In this document: piece by piece, positions 1 to 11,785 of the stretch | Layout of the letters: every line of letters starts with the position of its first letter | How positions within the stretch are numbered: the stretch's first letter is position 1 | Assembly: GCA_002633005.1 (NCBI GenBank) | Contig: NMRA01000129.1 | Coordinates: 244,791 to 308,790, forward strand | DNA length: 64,000 bases | Direction: 5' to 3' | From: Phoronis australis | Lineage: Eukaryota; Animalia; Phoronida | Notes under the pieces: model-generated | The model's input: only the letters and a program-made list of their open reading frames with translations | Database searches by the model: none | Told to the model about the DNA's origin: nothing | Translations under genes and position numbers: made by a program

Positions 1-329
1 AATTGCAGAAAGGCTTGGCCACCTGTTAAGTTTTCTTTTAATCACCCTTCATTCTCTGTCATGAGAGAAGACTACTCGACTGTCTGTGAAATCAGCTTCC
101 GTCCAACTGTCATGACGGGGAATACCAGTCATTTTGTCTGTACTTAATGATAGGCGATAGGAATTGATTTATAAAGTAAATTGTGTGATGTTTAAGTACA
201 CCTGTGGTTTCATGAAGAGTGGCTTAAGAAATGTGGTCTTAGCTCCGAACAGCTATTTCTGAAAAATAATCAAACCTCACTTGAGCAAAAGTGCATAGTC
301 GCTGACCATATGCACACAACTGCTAGTTA

Positions 330-430
330 CTGAGATTATTTCTGTAAAGTATTTCTAGACTGTGATGCGCTCATTACGTGGCTAAATAGTTTTTCAGCAA
401 TTGTGAAGTGGGAACATCAGACCGAATTCC
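330..430 (+). repeat. Dispersed repeat fragment related to 22620-22740
   Basis: Shared AGACTGT(G/A)ATGC...TTTTCAGCAATTGTGAAGTG...AGACC. Confidence 0.55.
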
Positions 431-3400
431 GGTCTTAAGTCTTAAGTCTGTTTCATAAGACACGCCCCATATTGCTGCAAATTTTACTTCAATGACGATC
501 TGTTGCTCTAGTCGTAGGAACTGGTTCCTAGTGTAGTCTGTCATAAATCGTCATGGTTACTTAGCAATGTGTTTGCAATAGTTTTTGGAAGTTGGAACAG
601 AGGCTTAGCAAATTTGTTTTTGAAATATATACAAATTTAGATTTATAAGCGACACAATTATCACCAGGAGACGAGTTGGTGTGGTAAAGACTGTGTTTTC
701 GTTATTAACTATCGCCACGTTGTTAGATGAGACATTTAAAGATACTGTAATCCCGATTCTGTTAAAGATAAAACGACCATTTACCACTTCAAAATCGATG
801 TCAAATTGTTCTTTACTGGGATGAGTGATTAGTAATTTCTGTGTTTGCATAGACCATGCTGAGGGCATGAAATGGCAAACCGTAACAAGCTAACTTGCAG
901 AATGGACCCTGGGTTACTGTATAACCAATAGCGAACTGAAAGACAACGTTCTTTCCAGGCCCTGAATTTAATAACTTTAAGTTCGTCTAAGGTCTTAACC
1001 AAATGTTTTTTTTTGTGATGGAAGACGAATATATTGCCACCTACATGTACACTGAAATTCTCTCAATCTGACGTAAATTGATATTTAATTGTTTTGGGAT
1101 ACCAAAAGCGTAATCAAAATCAGTGCAGTCTAATCAACACTTCCGGTGGGAGAAAAGGTTTGACAATCCGACTTTACTGATTGGGTTGTGTAAAGCTTTA
1201 ACTATGTTTAACAAAATGTTTCTACAGGGATTGTTTCAGATGTTGTTCTTTCGAAATGTCCTCTGGTTGATTGACGGTGTAATATTTTTTTAACTATTGG
1301 ACGAACGTTATAAGCTATATAAACTACGACGGATGTCGGATATAAGCCCCAGTTTTGTTTCCATTAAAATGAATTTTCCAATAAGCCTCGACCTACTGTG
1401 ATCATCATCGGCAATTTCTCTTTGCTTCGGGCATTATCTAACCGGGTTTATGCGGGGGACAAAGCTAGCGGGTAAGGACTTGAAAGAGGCGATTTCCTCT
1501 TTTTTGGTTCCGATTTCCTTTTTTTAATTTCCAGTTACGTCTTTTTTTCAGTTCTTTTTTGTCATTATTTTGACTTTATTCATGCAAAAACGTTTCTTTT
1601 ATTAAAACTTTATAACACAAAAATTATTTCTATCACACAAGCCTGTTTATTTATGGAATGATACATCACCTGGACACCGATTTTATTCCTCTTTTTTGTC
1701 ATTGGTCATTACCAGCCCTGATTAACTTAAACTGCTATAAAAAGCAGCAAAGCATTATAATTGTTTTGCAGAATATGACTTTATCTTCACATGACACGAA
1801 ATAGTCATTTACTATGAATATCCATTTGAATCGACTCGTTATGCGGTAAATCGGGATAATTCATTTGCATATCTTTGGTGTTGCTCTAACTCAACGGTTA
1901 AGGTGAAGATAGTTGAGCGCGGACTGCTTTCCCTGTCACCCAAGCAGCTGAAGTCAATTTACTTTTGACGTGCTTTGTGAACCGATCGAACACCCATTCC
2001 GGTTACTTTTTATGTTCTACATATTTATGGAATCATTAGTTCTTGAAAATGTGTAGTTTTTAACTTTTTCAAAAATCAGTTTTGTACTTTTTTGATAAGC
2101 GGGTTTGTTTATTGCATTTTATGATCCTGTTTGCAACGCTCTGTTAAGATTGTTCGTGGTTAATCGCTGACGAAATTAGACGCATCCGGCTTACCTGTAA
2201 CATTGACCATAATCGTGGCCGGGTATCTATACCTCACGTGAAGTTGATGGCAGCACAATGTAACACGCTGACTTCTGTCTGGAGGCAATGTTTGGAGGGC
2301 ATAAGTGGAGCTACGAGTCCAAACTGATATTTATGAGCTTGTGGCTGTTCGAGACAGGAAAGTGCTTGTTTACTTATTCATCCCTGTCACCTCTATGAAC
2401 ATGTTGAGTGCTGGTTTCAACATTTTAATGTTGAATATCATTCTGTCAAATTATACCGAGTTCAACATCTATACACATTTATTCATTTTTTGGTTTCCTA
2501 AGTTAATTTAATATTTTATATTAGAAAAAATGGGCTGAAAATTAGTTAATGTTATTTTCGTTTTACACTAAACTTCGTCCCTTTTCAGGGACCTGAAATG
2601 AGTCGTTTTTTCCTTAGGCAAAACGCCAAAAGTTGCTTAAGATGTGTTGAAATACTTTAACATCCGGTTGTGTTCTGCGTGTACTCACGTTAAACAGGCA
2701 TGGATCTCGAAAGCTCGTCAAAATATCTTTTAAAAAATTCCTGACGAAAGTACCACCTCGCAACGTCTAGTACGGAGTAATTAACTTACCCTGTGAAGAA
2801 ATTTCCAGAAAAAATCACAAAATTCACGATTATGGAAATATGCGCTTAGGAAAAACTCTGGTTACCACAGACTTTCTAATCTCCCTCCCACTAATGATAA
2901 ATGCGCGCATGTGCTCAGTCAGTTGCTTGACGTCGCTTGAGGTCAAAGGTCACATTTTCCACATAAGGGAAATGTGCTTAATGCCTATGTCTTGTCATAG
3001 CGGCCTTGTGAGAGAAAAATCGACGAAGTGGCGAGCGCTCAGTTGAATGATCGTTTTTCTTTTGAAATTTGAAACGAAAAGAAAATGCTTTTGATATCAA
3101 CAGAAATTAAAAATCTTTAGGAACAAACCCTAAAAATTCCTGGTTAGCAGCGGTTTGAATTCTGTTTCATTGGCAGAGAACCTCTCAGTATTGCAATTTA
3201 GTCTTGTTTATTGCGTTCCAGGCCTCATTAAGGAAAATCGTATTTTATCAAAAGGTCTTCAATAAAAAACATTTTATTTTTAATTTTGGATTTTGTGTTG
3301 AAAGGCATAAATAAGTTTTGTTTAAAAATAGTTCAAGAATTTCGTAACTAAAATGAAACAAACTGTGATTGGCTTGATGAGGTATCCCAGCCGAAAAGCA

Positions 3401-3444
3401 TTAGCTTCCGAACAAGACGATGACTCCATTTTAAACTCCTCACC

Positions 3445-3570
3445 TACCCTCCATTTTACCCTGCAGTGCTACCCTCTCTTTTACCCTCCACTGTTACTCT
3501 CCATTTTCCGCACCGCAGCGCAACCCTCCTTTTTTACCCTGCAGTGCTGCCCTCTATTTTACCCTCCAAA
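3445..3570. repeat. Degenerate approximately 20-bp pyrimidine-rich minisatellite
   Basis: Recurring TTTTACCCTGCAGTGCT / TTTTACCCTCCA units. Confidence 0.65.
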
Positions 3571-4250
3571 CCTCCAGATATTTCGTCCACTGATTGTGTC
3601 CAGACGTTGCTTCCATCGGGTCAGCACTTTACACTGCCATGTATTAGCCAGCGTGAATAAGAAATTTATGAAATCACTACACAGATATTGAGAATTTGTT
3701 GTAGAAATTTAAGCTGAGTAAGTGTTTAATAGTAGCTGTTTAAAAACTGAGGATTTTTGTCATCATAGAAAGTAATTATCTTGTCATCGAGAATGTGAAA
3801 CTGAATCCCAAACTTACATCAAATAATTGATTATAGTTATTAAGATATAATTAATCTGTGATTTTAGTTAGTAGTTTACCACGCTCAAGTTCATTAATTT
3901 ATTTTTAGCTGAGAATTCGTGACTTGCGTCATACGTATGTACAGTAATTAACTTCATCGCTTTGTATTATATAAATATGCATGTTGCCGGGCGAGAGTAA
4001 AAATCTCAACAACCATGTAACAGTTCCGTAGGTTCCGTCGGCATCCAAGTAAACATTTTAATCAAAATCGATGTTGGGTAAACTGCAATATTTTCTCAGC
4101 ATCCCCAAAAGTCTTAAAACATAGCCGTGTGATAGCACGAATGTTGGTTACAAATTTAAAAGATAGTCGTAATTTTCAATATACGCAAGTTTACGCCTAA
4201 CAAGTGCCAACACCGCACGTTTTGAAGCGGAAGTTTGCATGAAAACTTAA

Positions 4251-4448
4251 TTTGTCAGAGCACTTATGTGAAAAGTATCGTTCAAGGACAAAATTCTGTT
4301 TGTCAGAGCACGTATGTAAAATGGTAGCGGTCAAAGCCGACAATCTCAGTTTGTCAGAGCAGTTATGTAAAAGGTATCGGTCAAGGCCGACAATCACAGT
4401 TTGTCAGAGCACGTATATAAAAGGTGTTGTTCAAGGCCGACAATCTCA
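4251..4448. repeat. Approximately 50-bp tandem repeat, 4 copies, directly upstream of the GPCR
   Basis: TTTGTCAGAGCA(C/G)...TCAAGGCCGACAATC recurs at about 4251, 4299, 4350 and 4400. Confidence 0.9.
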
Positions 4449-4472
4449 AACCTTCATCAACAAGCAGACGAC

Positions 4473-5456
4473 ATGTCAAATAACACTGCGGCCGTCATCG
4501 AAGAAGAGTTTTATAACGGATCTTTCGCCAATGACTCTGACGCTAACATTCCAAGAGCAGTACTAATTGTTCATATTTGCTTCGAAATTCTGCTTTTCTT
4601 CCCTACACTTTTCGGGAACGCATTGGTTTTGATTGCATACTGCAAGTTCTATATGATTAAGGACGAAATCAGTAACATATTTATCGCCAGTCTTGCCGCT
4701 ACAGATTTCGCGAATGCTTTTACAATTCCGTTAAACATGGCAAAAAGATATCTGGCGCCGTTATTTGGTAGCCTAGCATTTGGTAACATCCCTGCGGTAT
4801 GTTACTTAGCGCTGTTCATGCAAATATGGTCCACGGGTGCCTCCGTCACTAGCTTACTGGCCATTGCCGTCGATCGAACTGTGGCCATTGGCAATCCGCT
4901 ACGTTATCAGACTGTTATGTCTCGAAGATTTTGTTGGATCCTGATATGCTTTTCTCATTTATTTCCGTTGACGATGACTGCTTTGGCGATACTCTTATCG
5001 AAACTCATAGCCAATCACGAATTCAAAGCTGGTCAACTGTGTGTGGCGGAAACGGTATTTCACCCGAGAATAGGAGCAATCTGCTACGCCATTTCTTTTT
5101 ACATACCGCTGGTTCTAATGTACGGGATGCATATTTTCTCCGTTTTTGTTGCCTGGAAACAAAAGCGAAAGATTGCCGCACAAGGTCTTCAAGCTGACGA
5201 GAATCGAGCACGACAGTTCAAGATCTTGCGAACCACTTCACGTATTATCGGCGTGTTTTCTCTTTGCTTTTTCCCCATGGCTGTAATCAAACCTTTTTTT
5301 CAAGCGTTTCCAACCTCCCCCTGGTGGCATCGTACTCTGAACAATTTATTCATCGACTTGGTGTTCCTCAATAGCGCGCTTAACCCCGTTCTGTACGCTG
5401 TTTACGCGAAGAACTTCAAGAAAGCGTTTACAAAGATCCTGAAATGCAGCAATTAA
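4473..5456 (+). CDS. Intronless rhodopsin-like (class A) GPCR, adenosine-receptor-like orphan, 327 aa
   Basis: Seven hydrophobic segments and class A motifs: TM1 GN, TM2 SLAATD, TM3 C...SLLAIAVDRT, TM5 FYIP, TM6 CFFP, TM7 NSALNPVLY, helix 8 KNFKKAF. N-terminal glycosylation sequons NNT, NGS, NDS. First ATG is at 4473; the ORF-track start at 4401 is a TTG inside an upstream repeat. Confidence 0.93.
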   Translation: MSNNTAAVIEEEFYNGSFANDSDANIPRAVLIVHICFEILLFFPTLFGNALVLIAYCKFYMIKDEISNIFIASLAATDFANAFTIPLNMAKRYLAPLFGSLAFGNIPAVCYLALFMQIWSTGASVTSLLAIAVDRTVAIGNPLRYQTVMSRRFCWILICFSHLFPLTMTALAILLSKLIANHEFKAGQLCVAETVFHPRIGAICYAISFYIPLVLMYGMHIFSVFVAWKQKRKIAAQGLQADENRARQFKILRTTSRIIGVFSLCFFPMAVIKPFFQAFPTSPWWHRTLNNLFIDLVFLNSALNPVLYAVYAKNFKKAFTKILKCSN

Positions 5457-6550
5457 ATCTAGATTGGTGCTGAGAGAGAAGATGAACATCACTTTGTAAG
5501 TCAACTACTTTCGTTGATCATTGTTTACATGTATGTACAGAGAAGGTGCGTACATTGTACGTATGCGTCATTAGTGATCAAGGAAAATAAGACATTTTAG
5601 CTTATTCGGTTCTCAACCTTGATTTATATATCTTTCAATGTCCGCTTAGATAAAGCAATATTTTTATGACTTAGAAAGCAAATGGGTCTACTTGTTAGAC
5701 GTTTTCGGAACCCTTACGTAAGATAACAATCCATAGTCTACGGTTTTATGACAGTTGTTAAGTGTTGTTCTTATGTGCGTTTAGCTTCATACGCCAGTGG
5801 TGATATTCGATATTATTTGCAATCAAAATATACTATGATCCCAATTTTTACTCATTCAAGTGTTTCACAGGCCCACGTAACTAAGTGTGACTTACAAGTG
5901 CAGGCGTCTTTTTCTGAGTGTCCAGTCGTCCATCTGAATTAAGCTTCTTATCGATCTAGCTCCAGTAATTGCGATCGGATTTTTATGAAATTCAACTACC
6001 GGTATATTACCAATATATATAGATCAGTCCCTATCCAAATTTCAACATTTTCTGTCAAAAATAAGCCCTTTCTTAGCTTTTTTGCCTTCAAGCTTGCCGT
6101 CGCTCTAGCTCCAGAAATTTTGATGGGATTTTTCAAATTTGGTTGTATATAGATAGCTTGGGGCGTTTCAAACCACAGTATTTTCAACTAAAATACCGTT
6201 CAGTCCTTTATCACCTTTCTGTTATCTTTTTCTGCGGTGTTGTTTAATCAGTACTTGTTATATTAATTAGCTATTCAATTGTAGGCTACAGTGACTTCTA
6301 TATAAACTAATGTTAAACTGTCTGTCCATTCAAATTTCTTTTTTTTTTAGTTAAATGGTTAAATGAGTATCTGCATAACTAATTTACTTTCCCTAAGGTA
6401 ATTTCTGTGCAGGCAGTATTTTCCTGTACCAATTGTTAAAATGTGTTTGTAGAAATCAAGCATGATTACTGCTTAGTGTTATTGTGTAATGAATGTTTTA
6501 CAGTGTTACTGTTGTCAAGGAAATGTTTGCTTACTACGTCTGTCATACAT

Positions 6551-6710
6551 CAGTGGCGGATTTAGAGGGGGGCCAAGGGGACCATGGCCCCCCTAATATT
6601 CTCCCAGATTACATTTGGAAGTTCGGGGGTGCGAATGTCTGACGTGTAAAATCCTGGCTAATACTCTGCCCCGCCCCCCTCCCCAACTCAAAATCTTGGA
6701 TCCGCCCCTG
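6551..6710. mobile_element. MITE with CAGTGGCGGAT/ATCCGCCCCTG ends (hAT-like)
   Basis: Imperfect TIRs with G/C runs; a related right end GATCCGCCACTG lies at about 8946-8957. No clear TSD. Confidence 0.6.
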
Positions 6711-8617
6711 TACACTTTATTGATTATTCATTTAAGAAATTACATGTACATGTACATGCAACCCGCTCATGGAGCGTTGGCCTCGTTTCATAATAATGTC
6801 CTGGTATAACTATTCAATTTGTTAAGATGAAAAATAGGAAATGTATCAACATTTAATGTACTCGATAGGTCATCATTCGTCGCCACGTGCTATGGCTTTA
6901 TTAGCCACATCACGCGCGTGCAGCCGGGGAGTGGCTAGGAGGCAGGGGTGCAGTTTGGTCACCCCGCGACAGACACTGGATGTAATTAGTGTGTTGTGTT
7001 CACACTCATTGCTATGAGCTCTATAGATTGTGACCACGGTATTGTGATTATTACAAATTTTTGTTGTCGTGGCATTGTACTGTCTGAAAGGATACAGTCT
7101 TTAAAGGGACATTGTTTTTAAGGCCGAAAAAGGCATTTCGCCATTATTGTTGGACGGGATAGACCTTTTAAAGTTATTTGATTTGATCAGAGCTTAAAAC
7201 AGTAAAACCCATTGTGGGTTTTGTGGTCTTGTTACAAAAATCGCCATTTATTGCCGTTGTCTGCGAGATCAGTTCCCTAAAACCAAGGTTGGTGATTGCC
7301 ACTTTTACGAACTACTCTATCAGTAAGAGAAAGATTTGGTTCAGTGGCAGAGCGTTTTGCTACAACTGTTTCTGGTTCGAATCCGCACTAGGGCTACTGT
7401 CCCTTAGCTTTTTTCTCGCTGATATGTCGCTTTAAATGACTATAAGTCTCTCTAGCTAATAATGATACGCCACCTATGTACACATAGCACGTTGTAGTCT
7501 GCCGAATGAAACGAGCGGGTGTTGGAGAAGTGCGAGATCTTAGCTAGTTTGTTACTCTATATGGAAAGGATTATTGCACTTAGTTTCATATTTAGTTTAG
7601 AGAAATTTATGATGACGAATTATGTTATTATGAAGAATGACGTGGTCAAATTAGGCCGGATTCATAATAGAAATGTTTGAAACCAGGCAGCGGAGTAAAT
7701 GCATTTTTGTCCTTTTTGCATTGAATTCCTTTTTGGCTTCACTTAACGTCACCCTTTTTGTAATTTTCAATGTTGTTCTATAAGTCAGCTTGTCAACGGT
7801 TGTATGCTATTTGTTAGCAATAAATTGTGCCACCTTTGGTGTGGACTCCGTCATTATTTATAACACGCCAATACATGCGAACACATACGCATACGTACAC
7901 ATTCATACATCTTGAACTGCATACATGCACGTATATGTACACATGCATGACATTCATCATATACGCGCGCATGCCTACATACTATACATGCCTAACGCTC
8001 ATATAAGTTTGACTGTAAATCGTCACGGTGTGCGACATTCAAGTATCAGTAAAATGGTCTGTTGAGTTTGATATCTAAGGTGCTGCTGTATTCGACACCA
8101 TTGCAACTGTGTTGTTTGGAAATAGTTTTTTTTTTAAATCGTACAACATGATGACAGCAACTTAAGTTCCAACAACGGCTGTATACCTACCACAGTTCAC
8201 TGATCGAAATGAGCCTGATACGAATTCACGTAAGAGGCATACGATAATGCATACAAATGGTCACTGCCGTCACACGGCTCGAAATTACGGGCAAAGATCC
8301 AGATGCGTTTCGAGCTCACTAATAAGTGCTTTGGCATGTCAGTGGACATAATTAAGATACAGGTATAAGTAGCGCAGAACGTGTACTGAAGTGTACTGAA
8401 GAAACTGCAGCATTCAGTTGGGTGGAATTAATTCGATACTCAAACTTCACGAGTCAGGAGAGAAGTGATTAATTACTGTCTGGATTGGTTATGAACCCGC
8501 GTTAAAGAGGCGTGAAACGTGAAAGCTCGTTAAAAATATCTTTTACACTGACAATTCCTGACGAAACCACCGTCTCGAAACGTGTTCTATACAGAGTTAT
8601 CAACTTTCCTTTGTGAG

Positions 8618-8676
8618 GTAATCGTGGTGTAGTGGTAATGTACGCGCGCTCTATCCGTCAGGTCGTGAGTTCGAGT
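8618..8676 (+). pseudogene. tRNA-derived fragment / SINE head with Pol III A and B boxes
   Basis: TGGTGTAGTGG (A box) and GAGTTCGAGT (B box) at tRNA-like spacing, but no intact T-stem or acceptor stem. Confidence 0.45.
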
Positions 8677-9449
8677 GTTTGGTACTTGCATTTTTTTCCT
8701 GTTTGACACGTTCTCCGTTTTTTTTTTTTTTGTCTTTTTTTCTTGGATAATACTTCAGGAATCAAGGAACTATACTTGATTTTTAGAGGTAAAAACAGAA
8801 AAATTTCCTGGGCGGGAGGGGGAGGGGGGATCCCCTCTCCCGACCTCCCCCCATTCGGTGCTATGCGCATCTACAATCGTGGTTCAGTTTGCGCAAATGC
8901 TTCCAGCCGGACAAAATGTTGCCCCCCCCCCCTTATGATATCCTAGATCCGCCACTGGGCTAAGTGGGCAAAAAGGTCCGCCTCAGAGAAACAAAAAAAC
9001 CGAGTAAACGAGACAAAGTCCACAGGAAATTCAGCGCAAATGCACAATTCATAGGCCTGACCTTAGAGCCTCATTTTTAAGTCGTTTTCTTTTTCCAGTA
9101 CTTGAAAGGTCCACTAACCGAAAAATTGGAGCCCTCATATGTTTTAGGCTGGGTGGGCGCATGGGGCCCGAAAAGAACGTTTATGATTCCTTGAGACTAT
9201 GCTCGGCGCACTAAAATGCCGACACGGGCCTTGCAAAAATTGGAGCCAACTTGGAAGTGTCTGGTCTCCAGCAATAACAACTGTGAGTTCTGTCGATTTG
9301 ACCTACCAAAAATTTGAGAACAGCAAGCAGTTTGACGTGTGGACGCAAGTATGTAGCGGCCAAACGGGATCCCACGTGACCAGGCCGGGTTACCGCCGCT
9401 GAGTCAACAACATCCCACCGAAGGAGAGCCGCCCCGAGGATATGTGAAT

Positions 9450-9596
9450 TACCTTACTCGTCCGGGTTACCACACATGCTCGGCTAACCGCCCATCCTCG
9501 AAATTTTCCATTTTTTTATTTTTAACCGCCCATGCTCGGCTTACCGCCAATCCCGTTTCTTAAGCGCCCTGGGCGGTAACCCGAACGAGTACGGTA
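9450..9596. mobile_element. Small MITE, Tc1/mariner-like ends
   Basis: 22-bp inverted ends TACCTTACTCGTCCGGGTTACC / GGTAACCCGAACGAGTACGGTA with 2 mismatches, TA at both ends, and an internal CATGCTCGGCT duplication. Confidence 0.7.
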
Positions 9597-11200
9597 GGTA
9601 AATACAGTCCGTAAATACAGTCCAACAGACCACGTTTAACTAATAACATTTTTTCATGAAATGTGAAACAGTGACTGTGATTGGTTGCACGAGAATGAAT
9701 TGTGCTTTCTCAATTTTCAGCACATTTAGACCTTTTTTATTTATTGTTTCATTCTTCTATCAAATGTCGTTGTTGTGAACTCCTATTTTACTTACGCGAG
9801 TTGGTTGCGATTCGTATATATAGAAAGGGCTCAGTGTCAATCTTCATTGGTCGTACCTTAGAGACGAACATAATATATAATGAATTATTAATGTTTGGCG
9901 CTATTAGTGTGCAAAATATACCAAAATAGACGAGATTTGTTTGGACGAAGTTTTCTGTGATAAAATTCCTAAATTTGCTTCATTTGCACTAAAAAAAATT
10001 CCACCCTAAGCACTATATTCCATAGCAAGAACAATGATTGCAAACAACTCCCACCGTGGTGGCGCAACCTGTTACGTGAGATCAAAGTTGGCATTCTATT
10101 CCAAGAGTTCTACGTTTGGACGTTAGCTTTCCCTGATAACAGTTCCAAAGCCATCATTAGCCAGTTTATCTAGCCAGGTGAACACAACAGGCTATTTTCA
10201 TACTAAATTAGTTCATTTTCGCATCCACATTTTGCAAGTATCAATAAAAGTACTATTAGAAAATATTGTATGAAACTATCAATGTGGTATTGTAACACAA
10301 TAAGTGCTGCTGCCCTAGACATGGAGTTATGGGAGATTATCTCAAAGCGTTTGTCCACTGGTCACAGGGGATTGATGACACACGCTGCCACCTGGTTGTA
10401 AATAAAGGTACTTCACATGAAAATGTTCATTGTCGTTCATACTACACTCTTTCACAGTGATGGGAAAGGCAGCACTGTGGAATGTTGTTTATCATGGCTT
10501 CTCACTGGTTAAAATAATTAAACCGAGGTCTTAAAATTCAGTCATTCCCATTGGTTGAAATCTGGGAAACCCCTTCCAGTTTACTATTACATAGTATGGT
10601 GACGACCTTTGACTTGAGTAGTTCCAATTTATTATAACCGGCAGGGATCGAAATAAACAAAATCAAGAGAACCCCAACAAGTACAGTGCATACAAGGCGT
10701 GTGCAAGTGGTAGTGATGTGATCGATAAACTTCCGACAAAACATGTGCCTTGAAGACCGCACATGGAATTCCGTGTTGTGTTCATCACGTTTCCACAGGG
10801 CCACTTTTCAGTATAGGTGGTGCTGTGTCAGAGAATAGCTTCATACAGGAATGCTGCCTCTCCCTGTAGAGTGCGCTAAGTCATCAGATCATGTGACCAG
10901 TAACCCAAGTCTCCTATTGCACATAACATTTTTGGTGACATACTGAAACTCAACGTGTGCATGCAGAAGCCGACAGATTGGGTAAAGTTGTCCTCAAATG
11001 ATCCCCGTCAGGCCATAACACTAGTACAATGGTAGCAGCATCATGTTATTGATTGTGAGCCATGTGTTTTTGGATGGTGTGCTGGAGGACACAGATTTAA
11101 AGCTAGCTTTAGTTGCAACCTTACCAATTCTGGGTAAATTTTGATGCTTCAAAAACGAATTGTGACACTTTTTACAGAAAAGATAGAATCACCCAATGGT

Positions 11201-11654
11201 AACACAAAAAATAGAAAGCAACATGTCAGCTAAGTCTGACAAAGGTGACTTGCACAGCCAACCAAACCCAAAGAGGAAGTCCACAATCCTGTGAAGATAG
11301 AGTCCTCCAACAGTAACACAAAAAGAGATAACAACAATGTTTCACTAAAGTCAGACAAAGTTGACTAACATAACACAAGCCAACCAAACCCAAAGAGGAA
11401 GTCCACAATCCTGTGAAGATAGAGTCCTCCAACAGTAACACAAAAAGAGATAACAACAATGTTTCACTAAAGTCAGGTAAAGTTGACTACCATAACACAA
11501 GCCAACCAAACTCAAAGAGGAAGTCCACAATCCTGTAAAGATAGAGTCCTCCAACAGTAACACAAAAAGAGATAACAACAATGTTTCACTAAAGTCAGAC
11601 AAAGTTGACTAACATAACACAAGCCAACCAAACTCAAAGAGGAAGTCCACAATC
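11201..11654. repeat. Approximately 121-bp tandem repeat, about 3.8 copies
   Basis: AACACAAAAAGAGATAACAACAATGTTTCACTAAAGTC...GAGGAAGTCCACAATC repeated; the first copy is diverged. Confidence 0.93.
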
Positions 11655-11785
11655 AGCATGATGCCGATCTCCATTTTTACAACCGAGAACTCGACAAAAC
11701 TGAGATATGCCCGTAACCGGTGCGGCTACATCCACCTTGTTGGTTTTCAAATTCACCACATTCATTTCATGAAATCGTCAGAATC

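Noticed and set aside
10538-10804. 88-aa minus-strand ORF with a hydrophobic stretch
   Set aside because: Non-ATG start preceded by a stop, with no linking splice sites or recognisable family.
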